Under the pieces are notes generated by a model. That model saw nothing but the letters and a program-made list of their open reading frames with translations, had not been told where the DNA came from and ran no database searches. Below are positions 9,128-22,859 of a stretch of DNA of 64,000 bases, one piece after another. The position numbers and the translations under genes were made by a program. How positions within the stretch are numbered: position 1 is the stretch's first letter; the number at the start of each line of letters is the position of its first letter. The stretch is from Penicillus capitatus (Eukaryota; Plantae; Chlorophyta), in contig OZ287695.1 in NCBI GenBank assembly GCA_965649825.1, positions 2,097,288-2,161,287 on the forward strand, given 5' to 3'.

Positions 9128-11701
9128 GCCCGAGCCGTAATGTGAAAGTCTACATCTCGAAGACATTACACGAGAAACTCTTCGGTGAATAAAAGATCCC
9201 GTACGCCACGCTGGATTATATGGTTCTACCGATTCGCCCCTTCCACCACTCTACTTGTGCAACCCGTGGAGACACCTAATCTCTTTGCTCCTCTCCTCTC
9301 ATTCTTGCTGTCGTCTGGGCCCTTGTGTGTGCTACAATGATTGCTACACTGATTATTGGTCGCTCTTCCGATTTCAACAAAAAGAGATGTAAAAGCAACT
9401 AAACGAAAAAATATCTCTACGGTCCTTGCAGTCAGTGTTGATCGGGAAGAAGTTTGCGTTTGTCATGTGATCGTGCCTCGTGCACAGAGGAGGATAAAAA
9501 TGCGCATTAGCTGTTCAAGAAACAGTTGTGCATGTCACTAGTCTTTCTAAGAATGTGTTGTCCGGTCGAACAGAGTGAAGAGAATGGTGGTGCACCGAGG
9601 AAAGGATTCCCACACCGTCATGGCGACGAACCGACCGGCCGTGAACTTGTCCATAGATCAGCATGAAACATTTCTAGGAACATCCTTGATGCCGGTATAA
9701 CGAAGCGTAAACCGTGATTACAATATGATCTGTACGATCGACCCTTTTGGTGGCCGATGTGACAGGTTCATTAATATCTCTTTGCCGCGCCGGCCGGCGA
9801 GCTTCAGAGACAATCAGCGGAAGACTTTTAAACGTTCAGAGCAAGGGTATTTAGAGGTTCGAATGCGCTGATTTGTACTCTAAATGTGAAAACTCACCTA
9901 TTGCAAGCCAGGTGAGTCATCCGACTCTCAGAGCCAGAGGAACACACCTCTCTAACGCCGTGAACCCCTTACGAGCTTCCCTTGGAAGATAAGATCCCTG
10001 GAAAACGGGGCAGACAAAATGTAACAACCCAAAAGTAATGACAATCATTAAAGGATAGCGTGATATCTTTGAATCAACAACATCCACTGGGACCGTCGAA
10101 CTTCGTCGAGCACGCGCACCTTGTCCGCCCTGGCAAGTCACCTTGGCCACCGACGAGACGATTTGTCCGGGTGTAACTGGACAAGCTAACCCTTCGCGTC
10201 ACATCAAGTGTGTCTCCGAAGCATACGATCAGAGTCAAATAAGATGCCGCTGTCGTCGACTTCTGTCACAAAGGCTGGCAAGGGCAAGGCTTCGCTCGAC
10301 TGTAACGGGCCGCGGCTTCCGGAAATTGCCGATGAGACAACTCCCTCGAAGATGGGAAGATTGGCCAAGACGACTGTCCGGCGGCAGTGAAACGGCGTGA
10401 TGCATAGTTTAGTTTGCACGGCATGTCGAATGCTGCTGGAAGCAGAAGCACAGCAAATTGCCGTCCGAACCATGTCAATAGAAACCTCCGGATCTAACTT
10501 TTGCCGAGTCAATATCCGGTCAAAATCGAGTTTGAAGCCAAAGGCCTATTCGATTCAGTGCTCAATACACTTGGGTTGTCATTGGAGACAGCAGAAGACA
10601 AAAGAAAGATCTCATCGGTTTTTAGTCATGCATTAATGACCACACGCGAGACACCTGAGAACAGCTTCGGCATCTCTTTCGTCAGAGGATCGATAATGTC
10701 GTAAACCTATGAGCCTTTTGTGCTCCTGCCCACTTGCATCTTGTCTTTTTGGACCGTCTCGGAGACATCTGAACTCCTTTACAAATCCAGCTTCCGTACT
10801 GGAGACATCGTCATTCCTAGCTTCGTCTAGCGATGTCTCTTGTTGTCTTAGCCACTTCATAGGTCCCAACACGGGGTGAATTCGCTCATTATATTGCTTA
10901 GATGCGGTGGAGACACTAACTCATCAGTAGTGGCGTTCGAAGACGCCCTATCTTTGATAAGCGAACCAACTAGACCCAAACAACGCTAAATTACTAAAAA
11001 AAGATGACTGTCGTTTGGCAACAATACTATGTCCACGTGTATCGCATTCGACATCTTTTCACCTATTCCTACGTCGAATTAGATAGTGTGATTCGTTTCT
11101 GCGTAGCACTTAGGAGTATTAATCGCTATTAGTTGATCGCCCTTTGAGGTCATAGTAAGGAGCAAAGAGTTGTTCGAACACACTTGTCTGATTGGAAGAA
11201 CTATCTTTGCCGTCTTTGAGGAAAAACTTAATAGACGGACGTACAACTAGCGTCACCGATTGGATCATGTAGAGAAGTACTGTTCTAAACCTCGATAAGC
11301 CCGGAGAACGAAACAAGAAGGCTAGTACACCAGCAACGCTGTTACATAGTATTGTTTGTAAAAAAATGTTTCCGTCCACATTTCTATGTGACGATAGGAG
11401 CAATAGACGCTGTAGAGATTGCGAGAGAAGTGCCACGGCTAAGTCATCAGGACGCAGTTTGATGAGATCTAAAAGACAGATGTGACATGACTTCCGTGCT
11501 CGACACGTGTGCGACGGCATACGCGTACGAGGATGTGACGAAAGGATAAAGGAAATTAAACATCCACGTGTGCTTCTTCTAACCTCGTTTTGGGTTGCTT
11601 TGTTAGATTGTCCTCTATTTGGCGGCGACAAAAACCCCAGGCAGCAAACATCTTTCAAGCCAATACAACTTCTTTCGTTCGTGACATTTGCCGCTTCGGA
11701 C

Positions 11702-14700
11702 ATGTCTCGAAGAGGTAAACTTCGTGTTTGTCGAGGTTGTAGAGTTTTTCTCTGTTAAGGAACATCCTCTCGCCATCTGTGCCATCTCTTTTTGAGAACT
11801 GGAACATGCAAGTTTGGCGCGTGTAAATTCTCGCACGAGACTTCGGATCCGGAAGAAGTGGCGAGAGCAGAAAAAGATGCCAACGATTATAGGCTCTTTC
11901 ACAAAAAAGAGATTTGCAAGCTCTTCAGCAGAACAGGAAAATGCATTAACGGAAACAACTGTCGCTTCCTACACGCCAGCGAGGCTGAAGTCCTGAGCGG
12001 ATCCGTCAACGACGAAACGGATCATCTCGACGTCTTCACGTAGGTTCACAATGCTCGATCTTTCACCGCCAAAACCCCTTTCCGTAGTATACTCGTTGAC
12101 AAAAGGATGGAGAATGTTTCGGCGAGGCAAGTCGAAATGTTTATTCAATACATGGAGCGCTGTCTCAGAAACAACGATGGAACCAGAAAATGCTCGGTTC
12201 TCGAGACACTCGGTAGTGCGACCGGCGGGGAGATTCTGTGCAACCTGTTCGGCAGACCGAAGCGATTTGTGCTTCGACAAGCCACAACGAATGGACAAGT
12301 CAGCAGCTTACTTAATTCTAATTAGCAAAGAATTGTTGCACCAGGTGTCTTTTCTTCACACCTTTGTTCCCTTCTTGAAGCTGGTCACATCTCCTTTGAT
12401 TTTGGCAGCAGCGTTGCAGAATTATGTGAACACATTTCTGCAGGCCCTGGGGCAGTCTTTTCAGTGGGCAGAGCTACATCCAGTTCTTGAAGAACTCCTT
12501 CCTGTCGAAGAACCAAGAAGCGGCTTGGGATCTCTTCTTTCCTTCCTGAGCTTCTCATCAAACTCATCGACCCAGCAAAGCTCTGGCTCAGAAATTGACA
12601 ATTGGATGGACATCGTATATCCATTTGTGTTCTTCTTGCTGGAACTCCTTCGAAGATTTGATGACCGCTTTCTCCGAGAGATTGCGGAACTCCGTCCGTA
12701 TATCGAGAGAATGATGCGTCGTGTGCCCATCGATTTTTGTCATCCTGACCGACAACACAGACAGTTTGCACAACACATCATTGATTTTTCAAAGCAAGCA
12801 TTCTACCGTTCGAATCTCTTGTTGATCTAGCATTTGAATTAGTCTCTTCGAACAAAAAACTGGGAGGGGTGAGATGAGTGACGAGGTAACAAGGCAACTC
12901 GAAAGGATACACATCCCGCAAAAAACTCAGAAAGCACAAGACACTCTCTATGCAGAACCGCCAGGTAAGTCCTCTGCACATGTAAAGTAAACAAGAACCA
13001 TTAGCAGGTATACTTCGTCCTCAAGGACCAAGGCACGACAACGACCACAGCGACATCACAAGAATTCAGATTGCCCCGACCGAAGATGAAGTCCTTTCCG
13101 ATATTCCACCATATCTTCCTCCAAATAGGCATGTCGTTCTTTTTGGAAAAGGAATGTCATACTATCACAGGGCTGGATCTGTCGTACATATGCCTCCTGG
13201 TAGTGTGGCAGCTCACCGGGTCCTGCACTTCCGCTTACTGCGTCATAACTTGGTGTCAGACATCCAGACCGCGATTCGCACTTTCATGGAAAATGGAGGA
13301 ATCAAAACTCTCAAAACTCTGGTGACGCTAAGCTGCCAATTGAATGTTGCTTTCTTGACAGCATTTGGAAAGCAGGACCGTCAAAGAAAGACAGTTGCCG
13401 AAGGCTTTGAGACCAGGGATGTTGTGATTGACACATACAGACATGCAAAGGTCGTTTCGATGGATGCCAACCTACATTCTGGAATCTATTATAAGGTGCA
13501 TTTAGTGCTTCAATAATATTTGGATCGTTTTTTGTTACCTTAACAGATTGAATGCGCTGAACCAGATTTTATCAAAAAATCGTCAAAACATCAGAAGTTG
13601 GTTTTCTGGGAGAGAACACAACGATTGTCTCATGGTTCGTTGGTCTGCTTGTGGTGGCTTTCAGACAATTCACCTCGTCCCAATATCGTCTTTGGGGTTA
13701 TCGTAGAGCATAATCCAGATAACCTAGCAGACTCTCGTCCATGTTTCGGAATCAAGTAAGTCATTCATTGCTCTTGATTTTGTAAGAAGACCTCTTCAGG
13801 TCGATCCCGGAGCCTTACAATGACAAACTCATTTCTCTCTTAATGAAAGAGAAAGAAGACCTCCAGGTATCGGAAGTGGTGTTGCTGCAAGCAGGTCCCA
13901 GCTTCTTCGCATTCGATCCGATCTTGAAAGCACTAAAGACAGCTCCTATCCCTCTCGCTCATATCATTGCACAACCTCCACTAATGGTGAATACATAGAA
14001 AAACAGATTATTGACAAATCTTGTATGTCTAACAGCCGAACACAGACAGACAGATAGTAACCTTACCTGAATACGCTGAGGTCGGTGGAACTTTTAATCT
14101 CGAATTCCTTGTCCAGGGCGGACGTAATTCCCCGTCGTGGTATATATATCAGTTGAACTTTTTGTTGACATACGTGAACGGTGTTGCAGGATGGCAAAGT
14201 TCAATGCGGCGGCTCCTGATCATTTTCCAATGGAAGAAGTCCTTAGACAGACCACCCTTGACAAATCTCAGGCAGAAGCATTGAAAGCTGCGCTCACACA
14301 GGAGGTTGCTTTGATCCAGGGCCCTCCAGGAACAGGTGCGATTGCTTGTTTGTTTTACATATACCGAGATCAAACATTTGATACCAACAGGAAAGACCTA
14401 CGTCGGGATACAGATCGTTCGTGCACTCCTGACCTTTGAAGCCACTCACCAAATTCCTGTCAATCTCCCTGCGACAGTTACAAAGCCAGGAGATTCTGTC
14501 AGTCCGATCCTATGTGTCTGTTACACAAATCATGCTCTGGATCAGTTCCTCTGTGGTTTGCTTATGGTCGGAATTGACAACATCGTTCGACTTGGAGGAG
14601 GCAGTCGGTGCGAGGAAATCGAACCATATCATCTCAAGAACAGACCAAAGCGAGGAACTGGAGCCAGAGGCTATGAGCTGTTGCGGAAAAAACTGCCAGA

Positions 14701-17700
14701 ACTAGAGGAGAGAATACGCAACATCGATTCCTATCTCAGGGAATCCAACCAGAGGTGCATAACGTTTGTTCTTTTAATGCCTCTGATATTTGTAGCCATT
14801 TAGCTTGCTCAAATGGCATCAGATCAAGGATGTCATTTTGGAACACTGTCCGCAGTTTCTACATTTTCTTGCAAGTGGCAGTTCCACTAGCGATGGCGAT
14901 TATGAATCGGAAACTCTGCCGCTCGCATGGACATCCTGGTGTCGTATGTATTCGAACTATCGAAAGCACGAAAGGCCGAATGCCGCGTTCATTCAAAATC
15001 GTCCCGTGGAGGTATTGCTGCAAATGGACGATTTTCATGAGATCTCTCCTGGCGAACACAAGACATTGTATGACTATTGGACTCAAGAAGCAAGAAAGGC
15101 AGCTATTGGTGGGGTCCAAAGACTAATGGGAGAATACGGACGATGCATAGAGGAATTTGCAGAATTAAGAAGCTCGTCTGTTCTGGACTGTTTGAGAACA
15201 GCATCCGTTGTGGGGACGACAACGACATATGTGGCAATACATCAAGAACTCCTGGCTGGACTCCGACCCAAGATTGTGATTCTCGAAGAGGCAGCTGAGG
15301 TTCTGGAAGCCCATGTCCTGACATCACTTTCCTTGAGCACTCAGCAATTGATTATGATCGGAGATCACGAGCAACTTCGCCCGAGATTGGACAACTTCTT
15401 ACTCCAAAAGCAATCGGAGTTAGGATTCAATCTCGATGTCTCCCTGTTCGAAAGGCTGATCACCGAGAACAATGTCAACCACGTCACGCTCCGAAGTCAG
15501 CGAAGAATGCGTCCGTCATTCTCGAGGTCCTTATGCAACTAATTTTGCCTCCGGATGATGTTGTCCTCTTAGGCTCCTCCGATCGACGATATACCCTGAC
15601 CTTCAGGATCATGTCTCTGTGACAGAATATCCGTCAGCCGTTCCTGGGATGGAAAAGACGTTGTTCTTTTTCGATCATGACCATGAAGAGGGTGGTATGG
15701 CAGATGACAGGTCCAAGAGCAACGTCTTCGAAGCTCAATTTGCCATCCACCTCGCCATCCACTTGTTAAAGCAGGGCTGCTTCGAACCAGGTTTGTTCCT
15801 GCATCACGGTTCGGTGATCGAATGTATCCTTAGACGACATTGCCATCGTGACTCCGTATCTGGGGCAGCTTCTGCAGCTCCGAAAGCACAGTAATGAGTT
15901 TTCTCTTCGAATGCGAATTGACGGCAAAGATGAGTTCTATCTTGGCGAACTTCTTGCCGATTACGTAGAAACTGGTGATTCATCCATTCTACTGTATCAG
16001 TATCGCAAGTCAGCTTCTTGTTCTTTCAGATAATCCAGAAAATCCTGGAGAAGACGTTCAAGAAGATCATGTCCATCGAGTTCCGAACATGATGAATGAG
16101 TCAAAACAGGCAAAGCGTTCCGAGCAGTCGTACGTGCGTCTGGCAACTGTCGACAACTTTCAAGTGAACTGCCATCCATCATTGCACTGAACAAAGTTAG
16201 TTCGGATCTCAGGGAGAGGAGGCAAGAATCGTCATACTGTCCCTCGTCAGGAATCAGAAAGAAGGACACATCGGGTTCATCGGAATCAAGAACAGGATCA
16301 GCGTTATGCTCTCGAGAGCAAAGGAAGGGATGTACATTCTTGGAAACTGTCAGTCACTCGAAGCCTACAGCAAGAACACCGTATGGAGGGATATCTTGCA
16401 TCTGATGAGAAACGAGGGTTGTGTTGGAACCGAGTTGAAGGTAGTTTGGCAGGCTCATCAATAACGGATCCTATTGTTCTCTTGTTTGAGTTGCAATGCC
16501 AAAACCATCCGGAGAACATAACGAAGGTTTCACACTGGAAGGACTTCGATCTTCTAGTCGCGGATGGAGGCTGCCGGGAACCTTGCGGCCAGCAGTTACC
16601 GTGTGGCCATATCTGCGGACGGTAATATCAGCTAAGGACGTGGGACCTTTCTTGATTGCCTGTCTTCCTGACAGGCGGTGCCATATGACGAACAGGGACC
16701 ACAAAGAAAACGATTGTGCTGTCCCCGTCAGTATCGAGTTTCCCTGTGGCCATGTCAAGACCGATGTTCCGTGCCGAGAGTACGTCTCTTATCCAGCTGC
16801 CTCGAATGACAGCGTGTCTCCGGCAGAGTGACCAATGCCAAAGAATTTCTCTGTGATGAGTACGTTGAAGTCAGAGTGGTGGGATGCCCCCATGGTCACA
16901 GATATCGTGTGAAATCCTCTCAGGCAGAGTGTTTCTCTGAGAACCCAAAAAACTGCACTGAGAGAGTCACTGTTCGTATGCCGATGTGTGGACACGAGAT
17001 CAGAGTGCCCTGTCACCAAGAGCCTACAGTCCTGGATAATCCAAGTAGATGTGCCGAAAGATGCCGCCGATTGATCGAAGGTTGCGGTCACAAGTGTAAA
17101 AGAAAATGCGGAGAGTGTCTTGGCCGAACGCTGGAGAAGAATCCTGATTTCGTACTGTCAGCGTCAAATGCTCAGTTGATTGATCACGGAGAGTGCAAAT
17201 CTCGTTGTGGCAAGACACTTCTGTGCGGCCACAAATGCGAAGCAAAGTGTCACCCAGGTGAGATGTCTGATCTCTAACCATTCTCAATACCATATGCAGA
17301 CCGTGAAGTCTGTTGGCCTTGTCAACAAGAATGCTCTATCGTCTGCGAGCATCGAAAACATGGCTGTCAGAAGAACTGCTCAGAGCCGTGTGTTTCCTGT
17401 GCCGAACCCTGTTCATGGAAGTGCGAGCATCAAGGAGAATGCGATCTGCCATGTGGGACACCATGCAACCGATTGCCATGCGACCGGCGTTGCGCCAAGA
17501 CACTTACATGTGGCTGTCGCTGTCCTTCTCTTTGCGGAGAGGAATGCCCCTCAACTGATTTTTGTCATGTGCATGGGCGCCCTAGAATCAAAAAAATGGT
17601 CCGTCATCCTTCTCATATGGACACTTTTAAGTTCCTCTGCGTTGCAGGAGGTGGATATGATCATATTCCGTAAGTATGGCGACCTCACGGATGAGGAACT

Positions 17701-19250
17701 CACTCAGGATCCATTGATCGTGCTCAGCTGCGGCCACGCTTTCCTGACATCCACTCTCGATGCTCACATGGGCATCACAGAATTCTACCAGAAAGACAGA
17801 CTCGGAAGGTAGTTAGCTCAATTTTGATGGAGTGATTTCGGAATACGCGTTGCAGATGGATAAGACCAATCTTTGGAGAACGATTGCGTCAGTTCGACAA
17901 TAGAAAGACATGCATGCTGTGCCGGCAGCAGCCCATTGTATCTGTTCGTCGATACGGACGCATCATCAACAAGACAGCGATCGATCTTACGGAGAGAGTG
18001 TTTTACCAACGATTCTCTCAGAATCACGCTCGAGTCGACGCTGAGATCGCACAACTTGCATGGGAACTTAAAGATATAGAAACCAGCGGGTCGGGTACTC
18101 TTAAGAGTCCATCAACAGTGCATGATCTGGATAGAATTCGAAAAAGAGCCGTGATCGGAGCTGAAGACTATAAGGAACTCATTGTCGTTTCGCAACGGTA
18201 TTCAGTCCTCGTTTGCTCACACGGTTTATTGTTCTGCTGTAGTACTCCATCCATTGATATCTACAGGCAAATTCGTTCCTCGGTACTCGATAAGGCGAAG
18301 GAAGAGGAGTTGTCACAGGAAGAGATCGATGCCGAACTTAGTCGTCTGACTGTTCCAAAACCTGATCCGTCTAGAGCCTGCAAGTAATATCTTTCAGTTC
18401 TCTTCGTGATCGTACTTCAACATCACGCAGGCCATACATTGGCCTCCTCTACTGCCGTCGACTCTGGTTTCAATGTCAACATTGCGCCATTAGAACTCTG
18501 GAAGTTCGCAGAAACGCGAATTTTGCTTCTTCTCGTCGAGCAGTAGATCGCTCATATAATATGCATTGCTGTCAGTAATACCGTTCCTTGTAGATTAAGT
18601 CATATCAAGAGATTGTCGACGACGGTTCAGCAATGATTCGAACTGCTTACTCTGATGTAGAAGAGCTAGTTAAAGCGGCACAGGAGTCGCTGAGCAACAA
18701 GGCAATGACAGATGCGTTCACAGATTCTGTCCAAGTCTATCTAGAGATCTTGAAATTTGTCACAACAGCGGCGAGCTGTACACTGGGTGACGTCTTAAAT
18801 GCAGATTCGCCTTTTCACCGTCAAAATGTCGAAGAATTGCAAAGCACGATATTGATGAAGGCTGAAGATGGAATATCGAGTGCCCTTAAGTTTTGCAGAT
18901 TTTTTGCTGAGGTATAGGAAAAATATGTATAGCATTCATCACTTCTTCTGACAATACTGTGGCCCATTCAGAGAACAAAGATAAGAAGGCATCAGTCGGA
19001 GCTACAAGTCTTAAAGCGGGGCATTGTTCAACTTGCCATTGAAGATCAGATGAGACTTCTGAAGACGATTGTTGCTGTCGATCCACATCTAAGTGAGCCT
19101 CGAACGCGTGGCTATTTGCATCGATGTCCCAATGGTCATTGGTGTAACATTGATGAATGTGGAAGAGCAATGGAACAGCATCGCTGCCCAGATTGCGGAG
19201 AAATCATTGGCGGCTGCAGTCACGGGCTGTCTTCCGGAATAGGCGCATAA
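11702..19250 (+). CDS. ZNFX1: ZNFX1/Hrr1-like SF1 helicase with two N-terminal CCCH fingers, NF-X1 zinc fingers and C-terminal RZ finger (multi-exon)
   Basis: Spliced motifs QGPPGT|GKT, ILEEAAEVLEAH, IGDHEQLRP, SLFERL, TVDNFQ|GEE, NVMLSRA; repeated LPCGH/CGHKC fingers; LSCGHAFLTSTLDAHMG; YLHRCPNGHWCNIDECGRAMEQHRCPDCGEIIGG. Confidence 0.92.
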
Positions 19251-19809
19251 CATCCACAGAAGTTAAGCGATTTGGCATCTGATTTTTTACCTGAAATACA
19301 ATTGCGGTTTTCGTGACGTATTGCCTATAACCCGCGTTTCTGTTGTTTTGTTCATTATATCTGACAGTCTGAACCCCTTTCTGTGTCGTTCCATATCTCC
19401 ATGAACACGGTCTCTTATAACGAGCAACGATGTCTGCGTCTTTCCGAATGTTCAGTTGACTATTTGGTGTGACAGTCTTAGAGATCGTTGGATTTTTGAG
19501 ATGTGCTTGTTAATGTGGGATAATGATACGAAAGAAACTGTCAAAGGAAGGCTTCACGTATTACAGAGCAAAGGTATACACGTGTTTTGGTTCATGTCTT
19601 TGTATGCTACAGGTGACATGACACGTCGTGTAAGCGCCCCTTCAGAGACTGAAGAATTCTTGAACAACAAGACAGTCACATCATGGCGGCCCTGTTCTTC
19701 TGACAGGAACACACTGTTGCGAATTGGATGATATCAGCTTACATATTGGAAGTGAGGACAACACTGTCAGGCCAATTGTCAGGCCGAAGAACGAACGACC
19801 AAGGAAGCA

Positions 19810-19884
19810 ACAACATGACGATGAGCATGACGACAACATGACGACAACATGACGAGAATCATAACGTCATGTTAGATTATAAAA
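19810..19884 (+). promoter_or_regulatory. CATGACG element array plus TATA box
   Basis: Four direct CATGACG copies at 11-12 nt period, one inverted copy (CGTCATGTT), then TATAAAA at 19878-19884. Confidence 0.45.
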
Positions 19885-20784
19885 GGGGGTTCTTGAAAAC
19901 AAACACCAGCTGTTTTAAAAAGTGTTCAGTATTTGCGAGAAAGGACCACGACTACGCGTAAATAATTCCAAAGCATAGCAACACGGTTAGATGTGGCCAT
20001 GAGAAGCATTGCCAACATCAAACTGGACAGCTTCTGCAAGATCTCTCAAACAAGATGATGTTCTTACCTCTTCACAACTCTATTCTCTACTCGGCATTCT
20101 ACATATCCAAGCAGGCGTGATTTTGATACCCATGGCGCTGTTTGGATCAATGCTCAATACTCGGGATTCTACTCACTTCTGCTGCACATGTTTCTAGGGT
20201 TTTTTTCCTGCATCTCCTAACTTGCTGTCGCCTTTCTAAGGTATCAGGTCGTCTGTTCTGTATGAAAGGTGAGGAGTCTATATGGATATCCTATTTGTCA
20301 TTGTGCACTCGTACGTAGCTAAATTGCAGTAACGCGACAAGCGCTTTGAGTTCTTTTCTACCTTCGACTTCTTGATCGGATTTGGCTGTCTTTTGATTCT
20401 TAGGTAACCTCCAAGGACGGCTCTTCTATAACATAAGCCTCTTGCCTCGTCTCATTATTTGACATTCAACATCCAATCGTGCAAGTGATGGCGTTCTCTA
20501 TGGCCGCTTACTCATCCATGACAACCACATGTGTATCTCCTCTCTTGACTGACCGGATGTCTTCTAATTACACTGGATCGTGTCTATACAATGGTCGCAG
20601 ATGAGTTAGTAATCAGCGCATGTCAAATATCAGGCGACGCGCATCGTGTCATCTGACACCATTTTAAGTGCGTTATCAAAAACACGTGTCATCAATCTGG
20701 CGCTGGCGACATTGTGACGTCATCGACCCATCCACCCACCCACCCATCCATCTGTCAGGAGAGTGTGCGTTCGTTTTGTGAGAG

Positions 20785-21054
20785 ATGTCTGCAAATGCCT
20801 CTGCTTATTGGCGCGTTGCCGGAATGTCCTATCTCAAATACTCAAACCTGTGTGCCGACATGGTTCGCTCCGCATTGAAGGAACCGCACAAGGCCGCAGC
20901 CAAGGCACGCGAAACCATCTACTTTCGATCCACTGTCTGGAAAGACGGCATTCCCGAAAAACAAGGTCACATCATCACACCTTTCCACTTCGCTCATTCT
21001 TCTGCAGTGATCACGGACATTCAAGAAGGCGTCGTGCAAGACACCGAGACATGA
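20785..21054 (+). CDS. ATP5E: Mitochondrial ATP synthase F1 epsilon subunit
   Basis: [27 protein letters not shown] family motif; 42-nt intron at 20966-21007. Confidence 0.95.
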   Translation: MSANASAYWRVAGMSYLKYSNLCADMVRSALKEPHKAAAKARETIYFRSTVWKDGIPEKQGHIITPFHFAHSSAVITDIQEGVVQDTET

Positions 21055-21209
21055 ACGGATCACCCGAGGCACTTGTAACAAACAGACAGAGATATCTAAC
21101 ACCTTTTTCTGCTGCTGCATGCACTGTTACACAAAACACGCAAATCTCAACAACACAGAGATCGCAGTGGCGTCATCTGTTGTGTGTCCCATCCCCATGA
21201 CAACAATCA

Positions 21210-22711
21210 TCAAAGTTCTTCCACTTGAGACGTAGATTTCACAGCTTCAGTCGTAGACAGCGTTGACTTCTCATTGGAAATGACGGCGTCTGCTTCGTGA
21301 TTCTTCTTATCGGGTCTCTTAATATGCAACAGAGATTCGATGGGTTCACGGCAAATTGGACAGGTCGACACTTGCTGCCTCTGCAGCTCTCGAGCACAAC
21401 TGGCACACATACACATATGGCGACATGGCAGCACTGTTGTATCGCGCAGAGAAGCTAGACAGATAACGCATTCACGTCCTAGATAGATAGAACACAGACA
21501 CATGATCTCTCCTTGAGCTGTCACATCAGGCCAGAATGATACATACCTTCGATGTCTTCTGTGTATGTATCGACTTCGTCAGATTTTTTCTTCTCTTGGC
21601 TGTAGAGATCTTGAATGCCGTAGATTTCTTGCAGTTCATATGAGATGCCGTCTACCCATATCTTTTGTTTCACAATCCGCAGTTCCCATTTGTTCCCATC
21701 TTTAATCAAATAGGCATATGTCGTCTGGGACTGGACCCACGTTGGCGTGGGCGAACCGGGCTCTAATTCGTCCAAAGAGTGACCCTATACACTCACGCTT
21801 CTTCTGAACACCGATCGGCTCAATGATCCGATTCGCAAACCTCTGTTGTGGTATCCGTTACTGTTTCTAATCGAATGATCAAGGGAAACGTCACATCACC
21901 TTTCACACTTGTTAAATCCTCTTCCATGTACGCATTCAAATCCAGCGCATATTCCTTTTCTTTTCCATGGGGAGGAAAAACTTGGCCCAGCTACACCAAC
22001 GGAACACCACACCGCCTGTCACATCACGCACTCCTGTCGGCATGACATTCTTACCCCTTTACTATACATAGAACGCGGTCCAGGTTCCTGCATAATACTT
22101 ACAAGTTTCGATTTTTTCGCAGCGTCTTCTTGAGCCATGTAGAAGACCGTTACACTAAAAGTGTGATCCACAGATGTGATGACATCTCATTGGATAGGAT
22201 CTCACATACCTGCATGGTTCAGAAGCATCGAAGACAAATCTAGGAATAAGTTTATCGTCTTCATCCTCCAACCGTTCCATTTTCAATGTCGATTTCTTCA
22301 GATTCACTCGATTTCGAATCGTTTTTGTCTGATGCAGTTCCCCAGTTGCCGACGATCCATGTGGAGGGGGTGTGGTATGGTGCCCATGAGTCGGCGGCAG
22401 CTGTTGCTGTCTTGTCTGACCAAATTGTTGCATTCCAGGAGCATACTATCGTCGAGACCCGACACAACATCAGCAGGCGTTTCGGGAGGAATGATGTGAC
22501 GTACAGGTGGAAAAGGCACGAAGCCTGCCGGGTCACGAGGAGCCCCGCGCTGAGGAAAGGGATACTGTGGAGACACAAGGAGGCCTCGCTGTCTACTTCG
22601 ACGCGAGTATGGCGTTACGGGATAAGGATAAGTCGGAGGTGCTTGGGGTTGCTGCGCAGCATCGGTGGCTGGTCGGTTTCCGTGGTGACGTCGACTGGAG
22701 CCGGCACCCAT
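21210..22711 (-). CDS. LOG2/MGRN1-like RING E3 ubiquitin ligase
   Basis: Myristoylation-type MGAGSS start; [14 protein letters not shown]; [20 protein letters not shown]; ECVICL...[15 protein letters not shown]...CPICR. Confidence 0.93.
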
Positions 22712-22859
22712 GATGAAATATCAGTAAGTAGTATGATAATAGAGGCAACTCGAGCTTCGAAATTTGGAGGAAAATATTCAATACGCGTTAAGTCTCAAGT
22801 GATGGATGATGTGACGTCTCGTTCTTAATGTCCAGGATGATAAGACGGCTAGGAGAACG

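Noticed and set aside
9800-10900. Fragmented coding-like sequence
   Set aside because: Many stops and frame changes; no transposase or other motif recognised.
19810-19873. CRISPR-like array
   Set aside because: 11-12 nt units with no spacers, no cas genes, eukaryotic context.
20194-20207. Telomerase-RNA template or telomeric repeat (also CTAAAACCCTA in the LTRs)
   Set aside because: Single imperfect units only, no 1.5-repeat template context and no array.
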